A stretch of DNA of 64,000 bases, taken from sequence record LC788711.1. The stretch is one strand, 5' to 3'. Shown in pieces: positions 9,701 through 19,118 of this stretch. Each line of letters opens with the position of its first letter. Within the stretch, counting starts at the first letter, position 1. The stretch comes from Escherichia coli phage NG_S8. Below the pieces are notes generated by a model. It had not been told where the DNA came from, did no database searches, and saw only the letters and a list, made by a program, of their open reading frames with translations. The position numbers were made by a program, and so were the translations under genes.

Positions 9701-9991
9701 TTAATCTTCTGGATTATCTTCCAGGAAGTTTTTGATTGCGTCATGCATAGTTTCTTTACGAAGTTGACGACCAATCAGAATGTGGTTGGCTTCCACACGA
9801 CCATTAGGGAGACGATCTGCTAGAACTACTACAGGAACCTGACGAACGCCAAATTTCTGCATAAGTTCTGTGTTATCAGTCTCTTTATGAACTTCTAGAC
9901 TGTAGTCCTGTACTACTTTATCGAATACAGGCTCGAACATTTTGCACGGATTGCAGGTAGATCCCTTTAATAGATATACTAATTTACTCAT
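9701..9991 (-). CDS. thioredoxin-fold protein (96 aa)
   Basis: CNPC active-site-like motif. Confidence 0.55.
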   Translation of the reverse strand: MSKLVYLLKGSTCNPCKMFEPVFDKVVQDYSLEVHKETDNTELMQKFGVRQVPVVVLADRLPNGRVEANHILIGRQLRKETMHDAIKNFLEDNPED

Positions 9992-10394
9992 GTTTACTAA
10001 TGGCCTCCAAAAATGCCTTCATCACTTTAACAGTTGCAGTGCTAAGATCTAAGGTAGCACCTAAGCACTCAGATACAGCAGCCTGATAAGGGGCTTTTAG
10101 CCTGCCTTCCGGTACTTGTACTTTCTTATAGGTTTTCTTTTTGACTTTATCCAGCATCGTTTCAAGAACATTGAGAGGCAACTTCTGACCTTCAATATTC
10201 ACGCCAAGCTCTTCCATTAGCATGGTATTTAAGTCAATACGAGTAAGTTTCTTGCCTTTGCTAGACATACGAATTCCCACCTTTTTCTCAAGTTTTGCAC
10301 GCTCTGGTGAATCGAGGTCACGTAATGCGATGTTCAATTCATACGGAGCCATATTGTAATGGTTAGCCATCTGAGTATAGTAACGATCTGACAT
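9984..10394 (-). CDS. hypothetical protein (136 aa)
   Basis: ORF track. Confidence 0.5.
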   Translation of the reverse strand: MSDRYYTQMANHYNMAPYELNIALRDLDSPERAKLEKKVGIRMSSKGKKLTRIDLNTMLMEELGVNIEGQKLPLNVLETMLDKVKKKTYKKVQVPEGRLKAPYQAAVSECLGATLDLSTATVKVMKAFLEAISKHE

Positions 10395-10427
10395 TTGTGA
10401 AACTCCTCTGATTCAATTTATATAAAT

Positions 10428-10456
10428 ATTATATAAAAATTTCAGCGGAAAGTCAA
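10428..10456 (-). promoter_or_regulatory. T5-type early promoter (TTGACT -35)
   Basis: attata 10428-10433, agtcaa 10451-10456. Confidence 0.55.
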
Positions 10457-10469
10457 CTACTTTTTTATA

Positions 10470-10886
10470 TTAGTGTGCTTGATGTGGGAATCTCTTCCTA
10501 ACTAAGTACATAGTTATTGGATATATTGAATACATAAGTATAGGGGAGAAAAGGGTGAAATAAGCCGTGACTCCCCCAGCTAACATTAGTGGTATCAATG
10601 CTAGAGTAAGGGCCATAAGAATCATACCGAATGAGACAGCCAGGGCTACTGTGATGCAGTTCTCTAACTCCATCCAAAGCCAACAATATTTCGTATTCCT
10701 CTGGCAGTTGCATTTGCAAACGCCGAATGTGCCCATAATTATATACTCTAGCCCATGAACGACTTTCTTTAATGTATCATTTTGGGTAACTAGTGCGACA
10801 ACAGTGAGAATTATCATTAAGATGAAAATTACTAGGCTTATTTTCCATATTCCTAGTAATATCATGGTGAATAGTTCTGCAAACAT
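10470..10886 (-). CDS. holin-like membrane protein (138 aa)
   Basis: multiple TM helices, immediately upstream of endolysin. Confidence 0.5.
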   Translation of the reverse strand: MFAELFTMILLGIWKISLVIFILMIILTVVALVTQNDTLKKVVHGLEYIIMGTFGVCKCNCQRNTKYCWLWMELENCITVALAVSFGMILMALTLALIPLMLAGGVTAYFTLFSPILMYSIYPITMYLVRKRFPHQAH

Positions 10887-10961
10887 GGCTTTCTCCTATC
10901 ATTAAGTTTTTAAAGCCCCCTTTGCTTTAAAAGGCGGGAATTACCCCGCCTTGATTTATTA

Positions 10962-11375
10962 TCAGACTAATTCTACGTGACCACCGTCGTAAGTACCACG
11001 ATCGATCTCATCATGATAATCACCAGAACTATTCCAGTCGGCACCAAAACGAAGTTTGACACCAAGTTCCTTACCGGCTTGTTCAAAAGCCTTCTTAACA
11101 GCCCAAAATGCTTCCAGATCTTTCCAATCAATCTTTCCATTAATATATGGTGCAAAATCGATAGCGTCTCCAGTTACATGCTTACTCTTGCTAGGGTCTT
11201 TCAAAAATGAAGTACCATTAGCAATGTTTTGGGCACTTTGTGCTACTGTACGAATACCCTGTACGATTGTGAAATCATATGGAGATAATTCTAAAGCCCT
11301 ACGAGCTACCTTTTGTAGCTCGGGCTTAACAGTTGCTAATTGTTTTTCGCTATTTTTACCAAATTTAAAACTCAT
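10962..11375 (-). CDS. lys: endolysin, L-alanyl-D-glutamate peptidase type (137 aa)
   Basis: size and sequence recalled as EndoT5-like; zinc peptidase His/Asp residues. Confidence 0.7.
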   Translation of the reverse strand: MSFKFGKNSEKQLATVKPELQKVARRALELSPYDFTIVQGIRTVAQSAQNIANGTSFLKDPSKSKHVTGDAIDFAPYINGKIDWKDLEAFWAVKKAFEQAGKELGVKLRFGADWNSSGDYHDEIDRGTYDGGHVELV

Positions 11376-12028
11376 ATAGATCTACCTAATGATCTCCGTT
11401 GTGGGGAACAGAGCTTTGCTAAGTACTCATTAAATTGTTCCGAATCAGCTGTATCTACGGGTTTATCCTTCCATGCAATACCTATGTATCCAGCATAGGT
11501 ATTATTTAGGTTGAAATATGGACAAGTGTAGACGTAATTAAAAGTAATGTTCTTAAATGCTGGTATATTTGACCCAGTATATTTATTTACTTTTACACTT
11601 AAATCCGCAGCGTAGTTAAAGCCTTCCAGGTGACGTCTATAAAGTTCAGACGTCTTATTTACTGCTTTATCGGCCAAGTCAGCCCTATCCAATTGCGCAT
11701 TGCTTTCCCATGCAATAATGTTTGAATAATCATTTATAGCATCTGGTTTATACTTTACTACAAAAACGGCATCCGCACCAGTCTGGGAGAAAAGAACCAT
11801 ACTCTTTTCTCGTGCTACATTAGGAAAGTTATCTATCCTTTGGGTTTGAACATCCTGTAAAACCGAAGACGTGGAGAAAGTCTTTAAAAATGACATCACC
11901 TCGCTAGTGTTACTTACAAACAAGAAAATAATGACAGCAACTAAGATAGTTAGCAGACGTTTTAGTAGCGAAGCTGGATCTTTCGCTTCTTGTAGCAGTA
12001 TCGTTAATAGTTGTATAAACTTTTCCAC
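11372..12028 (-). CDS. membrane-anchored hypothetical protein (218 aa, GTG start)
   Basis: ORF track; GAGGAGG RBS; N-terminal TM. Confidence 0.5.
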   Translation of the reverse strand: MEKFIQLLTILLQEAKDPASLLKRLLTILVAVIIFLFVSNTSEVMSFLKTFSTSSVLQDVQTQRIDNFPNVAREKSMVLFSQTGADAVFVVKYKPDAINDYSNIIAWESNAQLDRADLADKAVNKTSELYRRHLEGFNYAADLSVKVNKYTGSNIPAFKNITFNYVYTCPYFNLNNTYAGYIGIAWKDKPVDTADSEQFNEYLAKLCSPQRRSLGRSI

Positions 12029-12052
12029 TTGTAACCTCCTCTAACCACTACC

Positions 12053-12083
12053 ATTATACTAATTCTAGAGTAAAATTACAATG
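12053..12083 (-). promoter_or_regulatory. possible promoter (TTGTAA-17-TATAAT)
   Basis: minus-sense -10 TATAAT with weaker -35. Confidence 0.4.
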
Positions 12084-12143
12084 TGTTTTTTAAGATCACT
12101 TCTGGAGCACAATTTTTTGTCGTTGTCAAGAAGAATTTTAGGC

Positions 12144-12175
12144 AAAAGAAAAGCCAGAGTCGTTAAACTCTGGCT
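12144..12175 (-). terminator. intrinsic terminator
   Basis: stem agccagag/ctctggct plus U-tract on minus strand. Confidence 0.55.
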
Positions 12176-12184
12176 TAAAACTAC

Positions 12185-12784
12185 TTACACTTCTCCATGT
12201 TCTTCTGGATGCGGGGCTTGAGCTTTACTACACTGCTCTTTACGATAATTCGCCAAAATTTCAATACGCTTATTGATTTCTTTGCTGTTGAGATAGATAT
12301 TCTTATTCTCTTTTACCATGTCCTCGATTTCGTCGACAGAGAAGAACGGAAAGTAAATATCTAGCATCATATCTTCTACAAACTGGTTGTAGGATTCATA
12401 TGCTTTCTTGATTTCTTGACCTTTCTCGCAGAATCCGCCAGAGAACGTATGTCCCATAAGCGTAGCATGTGGATGTACAACCCAACCGTGGCAAGATAGG
12501 AAGATTGTGCAGTAAGCAGAAGCACTAGGACCGAGTAGGTGTCCAATAACAGTTCCACGACAGTTAGCGATTAGGTTAGATAGTTGTGCAGCAGTATCAA
12601 CGTAACCACCCGGCCCATTAATCATCAGATTAATTTCATCATCTTCACCAGCCTGCATCAGTATCATGGATAGGTCACGATACTCATCCGGTGAGCCTAA
12701 TTCTTCATCAAAGAAAAAGGTATATTCGTTAGATTGGCGAACAGTGTGAAACAGGTTAGTCTTTTCTTCTTTCTTATTAGTCAT
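12185..12784 (-). CDS. clpP: ClpP-like serine protease subunit (199 aa)
   Basis: INGPGG..GPSASA..HPHA pattern typical of ClpP. Confidence 0.65.
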   Translation of the reverse strand: MTNKKEEKTNLFHTVRQSNEYTFFFDEELGSPDEYRDLSMILMQAGEDDEINLMINGPGGYVDTAAQLSNLIANCRGTVIGHLLGPSASAYCTIFLSCHGWVVHPHATLMGHTFSGGFCEKGQEIKKAYESYNQFVEDMMLDIYFPFFSVDEIEDMVKENKNIYLNSKEINKRIEILANYRKEQCSKAQAPHPEEHGEV

Positions 12785-12796
12785 AGTGATCCTTAA

Positions 12797-13549
12797 TTAT
12801 CCAACTAGTGGTTCTAGCTCTAAGTCACAGAAGTGGTATACATCAGTACGAAGTGCATCAAGTCCGTTGAAGGTATTCTCAAATTTATGAGAAATGTATT
12901 TTTCAGGAATACCGCTTTCAGACGGATGATCTGTCTCGATGCGATACTTATTAGTAATACCAGATTCAACCTTAATAAGTATGGAATCCATATCTAGAGT
13001 ATTGGTTTCCATGATTAGCTCTCCCTCATTGGGAAAACGCACATCGGTAACGATTGCGACGTCTGGGTCGTCTTTATCGATGGATTGCTCCAGAATTATG
13101 AGCCAAATGCGTTCATGCACCAGCTGCCTTCCTAACTCAGTACCTACAAGCTGTAGCACTTTTCTTGGGGAGATAAATACGCTATACAGCGCATCATCAG
13201 CTTGCTCAATTAACTGCTGAGGATCAAGGTATTTTCCTTCAAAAATCGGCCAAACGTACGAGAAGTCCTCAAACTTATCGATACCATACTTAAACCATAC
13301 GTCTCTAGCTCGCTCCAATTGAGATTGTGTGACCGTAAACCATTGGTCAATCTCTTTTCCCCTGCGCTCTCCCAGAAACTCTGGAGTTACCCCGAGGATT
13401 ACGGATGCAAGTTCGTAAACGGGTTTAGCAAAACTGTAACGACGGGATAAACACGTTGGGAACGTGTCATTACACCAGTCAATCATTAATTCTGCAACGG
13501 TATCTTTTCCCGCACCAGCCTCACCATGTAAACCGACTAATACTGACAT
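12797..13549 (-). CDS. dnk: deoxynucleoside monophosphate kinase (250 aa)
   Basis: P-loop GEAGAGKDT; recalled as T5 dNMP kinase-like. Confidence 0.65.
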   Translation of the reverse strand: MSVLVGLHGEAGAGKDTVAELMIDWCNDTFPTCLSRRYSFAKPVYELASVILGVTPEFLGERRGKEIDQWFTVTQSQLERARDVWFKYGIDKFEDFSYVWPIFEGKYLDPQQLIEQADDALYSVFISPRKVLQLVGTELGRQLVHERIWLIILEQSIDKDDPDVAIVTDVRFPNEGELIMETNTLDMDSILIKVESGITNKYRIETDHPSESGIPEKYISHKFENTFNGLDALRTDVYHFCDLELEPLVG

Positions 13550-13902
13550 TAATCTTTCCTATTTGTAATGGGTGGATAGTAAACTAAGCAACGTTTTTCT
13601 TGTAAATCTTGACGATAGAAGCAAACCATACCGGTCAGTCGTGAAATGTAAGAGTAAACTGCTTCCTCGCATTTTGCTTTTGCATTCCAATCTTTGTAAG
13701 GTACAACAACTACTACGCCATCTTCGCCATTTGTAGCTAATTTCTTTTCGAATTTGAAATCAAAGCTACACGGCTGAAGTCCTTTAGGCCAGTCAACATG
13801 GGCTTGCTTTAACTCATGTGAAGGCTCTGGTTTTATTTCTTCTGCACAGCCTGTGATTGTGATTGCGGCTGCGAGCAGTACTCCAAGTTTCCAGTTAAAC
13901 AT
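13549..13902 (-). CDS. lipoprotein, possible o-spanin (117 aa)
   Basis: signal peptide with lipobox ITGC; overlaps 3-prime end of upstream TM/coiled-coil gene. Confidence 0.45.
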   Translation of the reverse strand: MFNWKLGVLLAAAITITGCAEEIKPEPSHELKQAHVDWPKGLQPCSFDFKFEKKLATNGEDGVVVVVPYKDWNAKAKCEEAVYSYISRLTGMVCFYRQDLQEKRCLVYYPPITNRKD

Positions 13903-14282
13903 GCTAATCTTTCCTCGAACTCCTTACTCTGCTTTTTAGCAATTAATGTAACCAATCCAGGCTTTGCAGATATAATGTCTTGACGACTAAGTGCTTTATC
14001 AAGCTGACTAATTTTCTTGTCTAGATCTGCTTGGGAAACATTATTCATTGTGAAATACTGATTCATACGAGTTTCACGAAGTTCACTCTCAGCTTTCACA
14101 TTATTAAGGGAAGTCTCTAGGGACGTAATCTTTTTAGTAGCTACTGCAAGATCACCTGCTAGAGTCTCAACCTTATTTACTAAGTGATAAGCACCGAATC
14201 CGATGCCTATCGCTAGACCTGCTCCCAGGATATACCACTTACCTTGCCATATTCCTGAAAGAAGTTTTTGTATCAAATCCAT
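13833..14282 (-). CDS. type II membrane coiled-coil protein, possible i-spanin (149 aa)
   Basis: N-terminal TM segment then long coiled coil. Confidence 0.45.
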   Translation of the reverse strand: MDLIQKLLSGIWQGKWYILGAGLAIGIGFGAYHLVNKVETLAGDLAVATKKITSLETSLNNVKAESELRETRMNQYFTMNNVSQADLDKKISQLDKALSRQDIISAKPGLVTLIAKKQSKEFEERLACLTGNLEYCSQPQSQSQAVQKK

Positions 14283-14937
14283 GTGCTGCTAACCTGTCTT
14301 TATCTGATACGGTAATCATATCAGGCTCACCAGTTCCTAGTACACCGAAGATATACTGTTCGAGAACTTGGTGTAAACGGTATAAGTTACTTTCAATTTC
14401 CTGCCACGGAATACCTGACTGGTGGAAACGAATGTTTGTCTGAATTACGAAGTTACGAACATCATCGTTATCGTTCTTCTTAATACCTTTCACATATGCA
14501 ATTGGTACGCGCAGTTCAGATAAGATACGTTCTGCTTTAGGTTTTGCTTCAACCAACATATCTCGCATGGTTTCACGAACATCACCACGATTCTTGTCTA
14601 GTAAGTAAGAACGGGCATGTAATCCCATTTCTTCCATTTTATCAAATACAGCATCGATGTTGAACGTTTTGAAACTGAATGCCGGATGCCAGCAGGACAG
14701 CTCATGTAACCAGTAAACTTCACCTGCAATAAACAGCGGATTTACTGAGTATTCGAAATCACCACGGAAGGATAAGGAACCTTCACGAAACACCTGACGA
14801 TTATGAACAATATTCTTTTCTACATCGTCGGTTACTTTTACTAGCAGCTCTTCAGTTTTACGCTCCCAGACACGATCTGGATCAAATAAACTATTCTGCA
14901 AATCGTATACATCATTGAACTTTGAAATGATTCTCAT
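14239..14937 (-). CDS. hypothetical protein (232 aa)
   Basis: ORF track. Confidence 0.5.
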   Translation of the reverse strand: MRIISKFNDVYDLQNSLFDPDRVWERKTEELLVKVTDDVEKNIVHNRQVFREGSLSFRGDFEYSVNPLFIAGEVYWLHELSCWHPAFSFKTFNIDAVFDKMEEMGLHARSYLLDKNRGDVRETMRDMLVEAKPKAERILSELRVPIAYVKGIKKNDNDDVRNFVIQTNIRFHQSGIPWQEIESNLYRLHQVLEQYIFGVLGTGEPDMITVSDKDRLAAHGFDTKTSFRNMAR

Positions 14938-14968
14938 AAATTATCCTTTTGCCTCAATCTATAAACAT

Positions 14969-14997
14969 ATTATACAATACTTGTGGCATCTGAGCAA
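14969..14997 (-). promoter_or_regulatory. T5-type early promoter
   Basis: attata 14969-14974, gagcaa 14992-14997. Confidence 0.5.
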
Positions 14998-15010
14998 CTG
15001 AAATTTTATT

Positions 15011-15047
15011 ACAAAAATAGCCCAGTCGCAAAATTGCAGGCTGGGCT
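15011..15047 (-). terminator. intrinsic terminator
   Basis: stem agcccag/ctgggct with U-tract on minus strand. Confidence 0.5.
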
Positions 15048-15082
15048 TTGTCATTATTATTCTTGCTAGGAGGTGATTATCA

Positions 15083-15472
15083 TCACTCTTGTTTACTTAA
15101 TTCTCTAGCACGACGTAGCGATCCAGCGGTTCTCCATAGTTTAATGTCGTCAACAACTTCTTTGTAGGGAGCAATAGTAAGACCTAGCGGCCCCGCTACC
15201 AACAGTCCAAAGAAACCAATTACACGCATGTAAAGCAAGCATTCTTTGGGAGTCATTGACTGGACAGCCTGTCTTTCCTCAGCACTGTCGAACTCGTGTT
15301 CTTGATCGTCTAAACGTAGGTACTTAATAAACCATTCAGCAGAATATTCATCCAGATGACGAATAACTGCAATAGCATAGCCTAAACCAATAATAAACCA
15401 TGCTGCTACAATGAATAAAATAAAGCTCATGATATCTCCAGTTAAAGTTGAGGTCAGCGACCAACTCACCAC
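15083..15472 (-). CDS. membrane protein (129 aa)
   Basis: two TM helices. Confidence 0.45.
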   Translation of the reverse strand: MVSWSLTSTLTGDIMSFILFIVAAWFIIGLGYAIAVIRHLDEYSAEWFIKYLRLDDQEHEFDSAEERQAVQSMTPKECLLYMRVIGFFGLLVAGPLGLTIAPYKEVVDDIKLWRTAGSLRRARELSKQE

Positions 15473-15546
15473 TTACCGCACTAAGGGGCACGACTCCCTT
15501 ATCCGTAACAGTTGCAGGTGACGCAACTCGGTCCTACGCGAGTTCT

Positions 15547-15831
15547 TTACTTGCTCTGCATTTCAGCGCGAAACTTTTTCATCTTACGAGTTTTACGGAA
15601 GAAGAAGTAAGTAGCTACTGGCCCGAACAAGGTGTCCATGATAAGCATACCTGACATAATGAATTTGAACATCTTTTCATCGTCAAATTCTGCTAATTCT
15701 GGTGGACGATATTTGTTTATAACATAAAGAATAACATCTTTATTTTTAGAGATATACAGATCATCAATCAGGCTGTAAATCGCGACAACTGCACCAATAA
15801 CAAACCACAAAGCAAATGGAGAGATAATCAT
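15547..15831 (-). CDS. membrane protein (94 aa)
   Basis: TM helices. Confidence 0.45.
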   Translation of the reverse strand: MIISPFALWFVIGAVVAIYSLIDDLYISKNKDVILYVINKYRPPELAEFDDEKMFKFIMSGMLIMDTLFGPVATYFFFRKTRKMKKFRAEMQSK

Positions 15832-16121
15832 TTAAGATCCTTTTCATCAATTAGAATAGTAACAAACAATGGTACACAACCTGGGCACAAATCTTTACCA
15901 AACTTTTCCATCACATCCCAAAGTGGTAAAGTAATCACACCATTCTTAACTCTAGAATCTGTATACTCAGCTATTCGTTTATTTGCAAAATCAGTAGCTA
16001 AATCTGAGTTATGCTCGTAGCTATAATCAGTCCAGAATTTAACATGATCCTTTCTAAGATATTCTAGTACAGCATCAGTTGCTGGAATCTGTACTAGACT
16101 GTTGAGATTTAGCTCTTTCAC
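15828..16121 (-). CDS. hypothetical protein (97 aa)
   Basis: ORF track. Confidence 0.45.
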   Translation of the reverse strand: MKELNLNSLVQIPATDAVLEYLRKDHVKFWTDYSYEHNSDLATDFANKRIAEYTDSRVKNGVITLPLWDVMEKFGKDLCPGCVPLFVTILIDEKDLK

Positions 16122-16572
16122 GTTCTTCTCTCCGACGTTTGCGTTCTTTCATCATGTAAGCTGCTACAACTTCATGGTAGTAGTCGTTAATGTTACCTTC
16201 AGGCAAGAAATGCTTAATCGTTTCTAGCTGGCAGACAACACGGTAAAGATGTTTATTTGGTAAACATAATTTCATGCCCATAACAAATCCAGAGAAGCCT
16301 GGAACACTGAACATGGGTTGGGCTTCTACGTTGCCCTCTGGATTGATACTAAGTTCAATCGAGATGCCCATTTTCATGCTATAAAGCTGACAGCCTTCAC
16401 CATTGCCAAATCTTGACCAAACAGTGAAGTCCTCATCTATCTGATCTTGGATTTCTTCGACTGCATGTTTAATTCTAGGGTCTAAATTACTCATCTTCAC
16501 CTTCAAAGCCGCAGTCATAACGGCAAGTAAAAGAATCAGAACTATTAGTACGTTGAGTAGTGATTTCACCAC
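16075..16572 (-). CDS. hypothetical protein with N-terminal TM (165 aa)
   Basis: ORF track. Confidence 0.45.
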   Translation of the reverse strand: MVKSLLNVLIVLILLLAVMTAALKVKMSNLDPRIKHAVEEIQDQIDEDFTVWSRFGNGEGCQLYSMKMGISIELSINPEGNVEAQPMFSVPGFSGFVMGMKLCLPNKHLYRVVCQLETIKHFLPEGNINDYYHEVVAAYMMKERKRRREERERAKSQQSSTDSSN

Positions 16573-16852
16573 GTTTACTAACAGTAATAGCCGGAGTAGA
16601 GAAGTTTTTATTAGTATAGATTTCTACTTTGCCATTACGTTCTTTAACATCACGTACTTTACCATATTCGGTGGTAATGCCGTTCTGCTGAACTTTAACA
16701 TTACCATTTTTCATAGAAACTTTGGTAGATGCCAGAGAACCGAAACTAACTGCTGAGATTACTAGAGCAATAATAAACTTATTCATCTTCATCGTCCTCT
16801 TTACAGTCACGGCATACATCATAATCATTGAAAGAATATTCGTGAGCTTCAC
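16487..16852 (-). CDS. secreted/periplasmic hypothetical protein (121 aa)
   Basis: signal-peptide-like segment. Confidence 0.4.
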   Translation of the reverse strand: MKLTNILSMIMMYAVTVKRTMKMNKFIIALVISAVSFGSLASTKVSMKNGNVKVQQNGITTEYGKVRDVKERNGKVEIYTNKNFSTPAITVSKRGEITTQRTNSSDSFTCRYDCGFEGEDE

Positions 16853-17060
16853 ACCACCAAGAACAAGAATCGCACAAGAAAATTTCTGTTTTCTCTATTG
16901 CCTGTCCAAGTAGTTCGTCTGCTTCATCTTCTGTAATTTTCAAACTACAAACATCAGCAACACGTTTAACAATCATTTTACCCGCTTCATGATAAGACAT
17001 ACAAGTCCCAACAACATCATGCTCAAGTACGTGAACAGCACAGTCTAGTCGAGTTTTCAT
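16779..17060 (-). CDS. Cys-rich hypothetical protein (93 aa)
   Basis: CDSCSWWC and CRDC motifs. Confidence 0.4.
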   Translation of the reverse strand: MKTRLDCAVHVLEHDVVGTCMSYHEAGKMIVKRVADVCSLKITEDEADELLGQAIEKTEIFLCDSCSWWCEAHEYSFNDYDVCRDCKEDDEDE

Positions 17061-17090
17061 TTCAAAGCCCTCTCATCAATTTATATAAAT

Positions 17091-17119
17091 ATTATATCAA
17101 AAGGAGAGGGTTTTAGCAA
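17091..17119 (-). promoter_or_regulatory. T5-type early promoter
   Basis: attata 17091-17096, tagcaa 17114-17119. Confidence 0.6.
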
Positions 17120-17136
17120 ATGAATTATTTACGAAA

Positions 17137-17532
17137 TTAGTCGTAGCACCACCATAACCCACGCTTACGCAGATCATGATCGCGATTATAGTCGTAATTT
17201 TCTGGATCTTTCATCACACGATGAAGTTCGCGACGGTTTCCCTGCCGAACCATTTTGTTAGAATGCCACTTAACATTCCTACTAACAGAATCCCACCAGT
17301 GCCCATCTTTCTTCTCGTTACGGATGATATTTTCCTGAATCTCCTTCTCAATTTCATCCCAAGTTTTAGCCCATGCTTCATTGGATCGAACTTGATAATA
17401 CTTCCACTGCTTACCATCCCTATCCGTGTAGGTATACGGAATACGGATATTAGTGCTATGAAAATTATAAGTAGAACGATGTGCATCACGCCAGTGACGA
17501 TCACCAGATTGTTTACGATATGTACGGCTCAT
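17137..17532 (-). CDS. hypothetical basic protein (131 aa)
   Basis: ORF track. Confidence 0.45.
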   Translation of the reverse strand: MSRTYRKQSGDRHWRDAHRSTYNFHSTNIRIPYTYTDRDGKQWKYYQVRSNEAWAKTWDEIEKEIQENIIRNEKKDGHWWDSVSRNVKWHSNKMVRQGNRRELHRVMKDPENYDYNRDHDLRKRGLWWCYD

Positions 17533-17590
17533 ATTACCTCCATTAAGTCTTTTAAATTAACTTAATGTGGGCGAACTTCAAAATATAACA

Positions 17591-17776
17591 TCAGTAATCT
17601 CCGTTGTTGTTGTATACTACCCCACTGCTCGGGAGTTCTTCTACTGTCACATCCTCGAATTCTATAGAACTTCTATGGTTTCTAGTCAGTTCGATTGCTT
17701 CTTCTGCAGTTTCTGCAACGACAATAGCTGTACCACCTAACCACAGGCCGCTATAGTTCACTTTAAAAATTTTCAT
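17591..17776 (-). CDS. hypothetical small protein (61 aa)
   Basis: ORF track. Confidence 0.35.
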   Translation of the reverse strand: MKIFKVNYSGLWLGGTAIVVAETAEEAIELTRNHRSSIEFEDVTVEELPSSGVVYNNNGDY

Positions 17777-17794
17777 TTCGAAAATCCTACATAC

Positions 17795-17832
17795 AAGAAA
17801 ACCCCAGACTACCTATTCAATAGCTGGGGTTT
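17795..17832 (-). terminator. intrinsic terminator
   Basis: stem ccccag/ctgggg with U-tract on minus strand. Confidence 0.5.
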
Positions 17833-17840
17833 ATTATTAA

Positions 17841-18140
17841 TTAGATAATTTCGACAATATCCTGAGTTACAAAACCGTCGAATTCATCAGAGATACCACC
17901 TGTAAAGGTGATGCCCATAATCATTGCATCCATCTTTTTAATCTCCGAGATTTTCATGCCTGCTTTACTATTCTTATAGTATTTGCGAGGATTCCCACAC
18001 ATCCAACAAGAACAGATGCAAGGAGTGGTAGTGATAATGCCTAACCGCTTAGGACTTTCTTCATGTGGGAAGACTGTCCAATACTTTTTGCGATTGTTTT
18101 TCACACGTTGCCGGTGATGACGTCTTAATGCTCGATCCAC
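17841..18140 (-). CDS. Cys-rich hypothetical protein (99 aa)
   Basis: CICSCWMC motif. Confidence 0.4.
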   Translation of the reverse strand: MDRALRRHHRQRVKNNRKKYWTVFPHEESPKRLGIITTTPCICSCWMCGNPRKYYKNSKAGMKISEIKKMDAMIMGITFTGGISDEFDGFVTQDIVEII

Positions 18141-18221
18141 ACATTTCTCCTAAAACTTGGGAGATAAATGGAGTTTGCTCGACTACCTTGCGTAGCTGGG
18201 AGAAATCGTATCCAAACCCCA

Positions 18222-18590
18222 TTATATCGCCTGAGTAAATGTACGACTAATAACGTCGTTCTGTTGTTCACGCGTCAATGCGTTAAATCGAACAGCATAG
18301 CCAGAGACACGGATGGTCAACTGAGGATATTTTTCAGGATGTTTCTGTGCATCCAAAAGCTGATCACGGCTTAACACATTGACATTTAGGTGCTGACCAC
18401 CCTCGACTTGAGGAACCACTTCCACATCTACAATGCGAAAGGCCTCAGGGTCAAAGTGAGGTGTGATACCTTCTAGATCTTCGACTAGAACTTTCTGTTT
18501 AAGTTCACCATCTTTAGAATATAGTTGAATGATCTGATTGTTATGAACAATGTTAATTACGCCAGACTTAAGACTTTGATATGCTTTCAT
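18222..18590 (-). CDS. hypothetical protein (122 aa)
   Basis: ORF track. Confidence 0.5.
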   Translation of the reverse strand: MKAYQSLKSGVINIVHNNQIIQLYSKDGELKQKVLVEDLEGITPHFDPEAFRIVDVEVVPQVEGGQHLNVNVLSRDQLLDAQKHPEKYPQLTIRVSGYAVRFNALTREQQNDVISRTFTQAI

Positions 18591-18962
18591 TAGATCTCCC
18601 TGATGTTAGAATTTGGCTCAGCTTTTTGTTAACCCAGAAGCAAGATAAAAACTGGAAGGCAGGCTTGCTTATTATCTAATCACTAGCTGCTGTTGGGGTG
18701 CTAGCATTCCGGTGAGATTGATGGTCTCGATTAGATAAATAAGCACTGGAACTTTGATTTTAACGTTGCGATCTTCCAGGTCTGTTGCAACTACGTGATT
18801 GCTCACGCTAAGACAATGGCTATCTAAAGTCCTAGCTTCTACATTTATACTCCTGGATAGCATGGAGTTGCAGTCTACTTCCTGCTGTCACGCCCGACCA
18901 TTTATAGAATGTGGACTCTCTTCTCAGCAGGATCTGGTACAATGACCTGATCCTCTGTTTAG

Positions 18963-19035
18963 TAGTTAGTAGTGGATTTGAACCACTGTAGTCACTCCGT
19001 ATGAAGGAGGTGCATAACCGCTCTGCCAACTAACT
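18963..19035 (-). tRNA. tRNA with CAT anticodon (Met/fMet or Ile-lysidine)
   Basis: T-arm agtgg-atttgaa-ccact; acceptor agttagt/actaact; loop TTCATAC. Confidence 0.65.
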
Positions 19036-19041
19036 ATAATT

Positions 19042-19117
19042 TGGTACTCCGACTTGGGATCGAACCAAGATTTGACGATTATCGGTCGCCTGTTCTAACC
19101 GTTTGAACTATCGGAGC
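19042..19117 (-). tRNA. tRNA-Ile (GAT)
   Basis: CCA encoded; T-arm cttgg-gatcgaa-ccaag; loop CCGATAA. Confidence 0.65.
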
Positions 19118-19118
19118 A

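Noticed and set aside
18672-19029. Track ORFs 18672-18863 and 18832-19029
   Set aside because: They overlap each other and tRNA 18963-19035, with no start-site support; likely non-coding.
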